Shown: positions 8,331-10,371 of the stretch, one piece after another
How positions within the stretch are numbered: the first letter of the stretch is position 1
How the letters are laid out: each line of letters begins with the position of its first letter
Source: Calditrichia bacterium
Lineage (GTDB): Bacteria > Calditrichota > Calditrichia > RBG-13-44-9
Direction: 5' to 3'
Length of the DNA stretch: 10,371 nucleotides
NCBI GenBank assembly: GCA_037381445.1
Contig: JARRQT010000237.1
Span: 1 to 10,371 of the forward strand
Notes under the pieces: model-generated
Told to the model about the DNA's origin: nothing
Database searches by the model: none
What the model saw: only the letters and a program-made list of their open reading frames with translations
Made by a program: the position numbers and the translations under genes

Positions 8331-10371
8331 TTAAAGGCAGTTTTACAAAAAATGTGCTCCCTTCCCCTTCTTTGCTCTGCACATCTATCTTTCCCTGATG
8401 GGTCTCGGCAATGAGCTTGCATATGGAGAGGCCCAGCCCGCTGCCGCTGGTCTTTTTCATGTTCCCGTTCCTGACCCGATAAAACCTTTCAAAAATCCGC
8501 GGGAGATCCTGGGACGGTATTCCTGGTCCGTTGTCGTGAATGCCGATGACAAACTGATTGTCTTCGACTGCATGTGAAATCCGCACCTTGCCCCCTTCGG
8601 GCGTGTATTTGATCGCATTCTCAATCAGATTCAGGTAGAGCTGGTAGAGTCGTTCCTGATCCCCCCGGACCGTAATTTCCGGCAACTCGGGAATACGCAG
8701 CTCCTGCGACTTTAACTCCGCCATGACTTCCGCATCGGCCAGCACATCGTCCAGCACCTGGTCCAGACGCACCGGCCTGAAGTCTTTCTCCCAATCCATG
8801 GCGCCGGTTTTTGACAGCATCAGCAAATTATTGATTAGATGGCTCAGCCTGGAAATGGTTTCCACATCCTGAACCAGTTTTTCCTTCATAGCCAGTGGAA
8901 TGTCCGGATTATTCAGTTCTCCTTCCCAGTGGGCCCGGAGGATGGCGAGCGGTGATTTCAGTTCGTGGGCGGCCTCGGCCAGAAATTCCTGTTGACCGGT
9001 AAAAGATTTTCGCAGCCTCTCCACCAGATTATTCATGATCCGGGTCAATTCACTGCTGTTACGGGCATATTTTCCTGAATTCAGAGAATTCAACAGCGCC
9101 CGGTAATATTCTTCGTCATTCAAACCGGAAAAATTATTTCCCGCAAACGGATCATTCAATTGTCTGCCGGATTCAACGCCACTGTCATGGCTCCGCGAAA
9201 GTTGTTTATCGGATCCGGCCAATATTTCCTCGCCGTGGGGCAGCACAGAGGCCAGCCGGGCAATCTCTTTTTCCTGTTTCTTTCTGATGCTGATATTTTT
9301 CTCGATGCCCTGAATCGCAGGTTTTCCCTGCCAGGTTATTTCCGAAATGGCCAGCGCCACTTCAATTTCCCGGTGATCTTTGGTGAAGGCGGTAAATTCA
9401 AAATTCTGTTCTTTTTTCCCGTTATTGGATGGAATTTCCAGGTAAGCGGATACCTTTTCCCTGCCATCCGATTTGAACATATCCGGGATATTAAAGTCGC
9501 CTTCTTTCACTTCTTCGAATGTGAACCCAAACAATTTTTCCCAGGCCGGATTCACAAAAACCACTTTATTATTCTGCAAAATGAAAATTGCATCCGCCGA
9601 CTTTTTGGCCAGCAAGAGGTATTTTTCTTCGGATTCATTCAGAGATTTTTCATACTTTTTCTGCGGCGTTATCTCCTGCAGAGACACCAGATAAACCCTT
9701 TCACCTTCCCAAAAAGTATGCTTCGAATGTGCCCGAAAATACCTTTTGTCATTTTCCCCATCCATCTCCAGCTCAAAGTTATTCCTGTCCTTTTTCATTC
9801 CATTCCGGAAATGTGCTGCCACTTTCTCAAATGCAGCCGGTTCCAAACTGGCGGCTGCATCATTGGAAAATAGGATCGTACCGCCCGGATCCAGTACAAG
9901 AATGGCGTCATCGTTATTGGCAACAAAGCGGCGGAACCACTGGTGATATTTCCGGATATTCTGTTTGTGCTGGTCTAATTCCAGTTGCAGTGACTTTTTT
10001 TCGATTGCATAGCGGATAGATCGCAAAATCAGATGGCTGTTCAGTTCATTTACTGTCAGAAAATCCTGAGCCCCCGCCTTCATCGCCTTCTCCAGCACCG
10101 TCTCATCCTGTGATTCACGGACCAGGAGGATAACCGGAATCTCGGGAAAATAAAAATTTACTTTCATCACGGTGTCAATACCCTGATGCTCCGGCAGGGA
10201 CAGGTTCAGCAGGATAACATCAAAAGAGGATCCCATCAGAAGATACATCGCCTCTTCCAGATTTTCGCTGATATTCACTTCGAACTGGTTATTCCAACGC
10301 AGCAGCAGATCGGCGATGGACCGGGCATTCAAGACACCGTTTTCAATGATCAGCACTCTTAACTTTTCGGG
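8326..10371 (-). CDS. Cytoplasmic sensor histidine kinase: degenerate REC - PAS - PAS - linker - HisKA - HATPase_c; 5' end lies beyond the window
   Basis: The frame stays open to the window edge (PEKLRVLIIE...), so the GTG at 10356 is probably internal. REC-like N-terminus; PAS repeats NDDAILVLDPGGTILFSN and SADAIFILQNNKVVFVNPAWEKLFG; H-box AAHELKSPL (His codon 8967-8965); N-box NLIENAIKY; G1 DNGPGI; F-box IFERFYR; G2 GSGLGLSI; SKEGEGSTF. No transmembrane segment is visible. Confidence 0.92.
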   Translation of the reverse strand, partial: PEKLRVLIIENGVLNARSIADLLLRWNNQFEVNISENLEEAMYLLMGSSFDVILLNLSLPEHQGIDTVMKVNFYFPEIPVILLVRESQDETVLEKAMKAGAQDFLTVNELNSHLILRSIRYAIEKKSLQLELDQHKQNIRKYHQWFRRFVANNDDAILVLDPGGTILFSNDAAASLEPAAFEKVAAHFRNGMKKDRNNFELEMDGENDKRYFRAHSKHTFWEGERVYLVSLQEITPQKKYEKSLNESEEKYLLLAKKSADAIFILQNNKVVFVNPAWEKLFGFTFEEVKEGDFNIPDMFKSDGREKVSAYLEIPSNNGKKEQNFEFTAFTKDHREIEVALAISEITWQGKPAIQGIEKNISIRKKQEKEIARLASVLPHGEEILAGSDKQLSRSHDSGVESGRQLNDPFAGNNFSGLNDEEYYRALLNSLNSGKYARNSSELTRIMNNLVERLRKSFTGQQEFLAEAAHELKSPLAILRAHWEGELNNPDIPLAMKEKLVQDVETISRLSHLINNLLMLSKTGAMDWEKDFRPVRLDQVLDDVLADAEVMAELKSQELRIPELPEITVRGDQERLYQLYLNLIENAIKYTPEGGKVRISHAVEDNQFVIGIHDNGPGIPSQDLPRIFERFYRVRNGNMKKTSGSGLGLSICKLIAETHQGKIDVQSKEGEGSTFFVKLPLK

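Noticed and set aside
8329..8335. T-TTA-AAA heptamer at the kinase 3' end as a -1 ribosomal frameshift site
   Set aside because: It fits X-XXY-YYZ, but a -1 shift enters a short non-conserved frame ending at 8183. The PLP enzyme is in the +1 frame.
6978..8414. 478-aa + strand ORF
   Set aside because: It is an antisense shadow of the PLP enzyme with no recognisable domain.

Overview
Bacterial chromosomal window. It holds one + strand gene, typA/bipA (translational GTPase), converging on a run of - strand genes. In transcription order these are: a REC-PAS-PAS-HisKA-HATPase histidine kinase that runs off the right edge, a cysteine desulfurase-like class V PLP enzyme (VC1184-type, no catalytic Cys), a voltage-gated K+ channel with a C-terminal Cys-rich tail, a broken EAL-HDOD gene, a YqjM/NamA-type Old Yellow Enzyme and a D-2-hydroxyacid dehydrogenase. 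I found no rRNA, tRNA, CRISPR array or transposase. The unusual signal is structural: three abrupt seams within about 4 kb. (1) The EAL-HDOD gene has an internal deletion with a frameshift at ~5136, and its C-terminus survives in another frame. (2) The PLP enzyme keeps its conserved N-terminal motifs but has no canonical start codon or RBS. (3) The kinase looks like an in-frame chimera of a cytoplasmic pseudo-receiver/PAS protein and the second HAMP helix plus catalytic core of a membrane sensor. These seams could be real deletions or assembly joins, and read mapping would decide. I see no well-supported novel multi-gene system. All family assignments come from motif recognition by eye, not from database searches.
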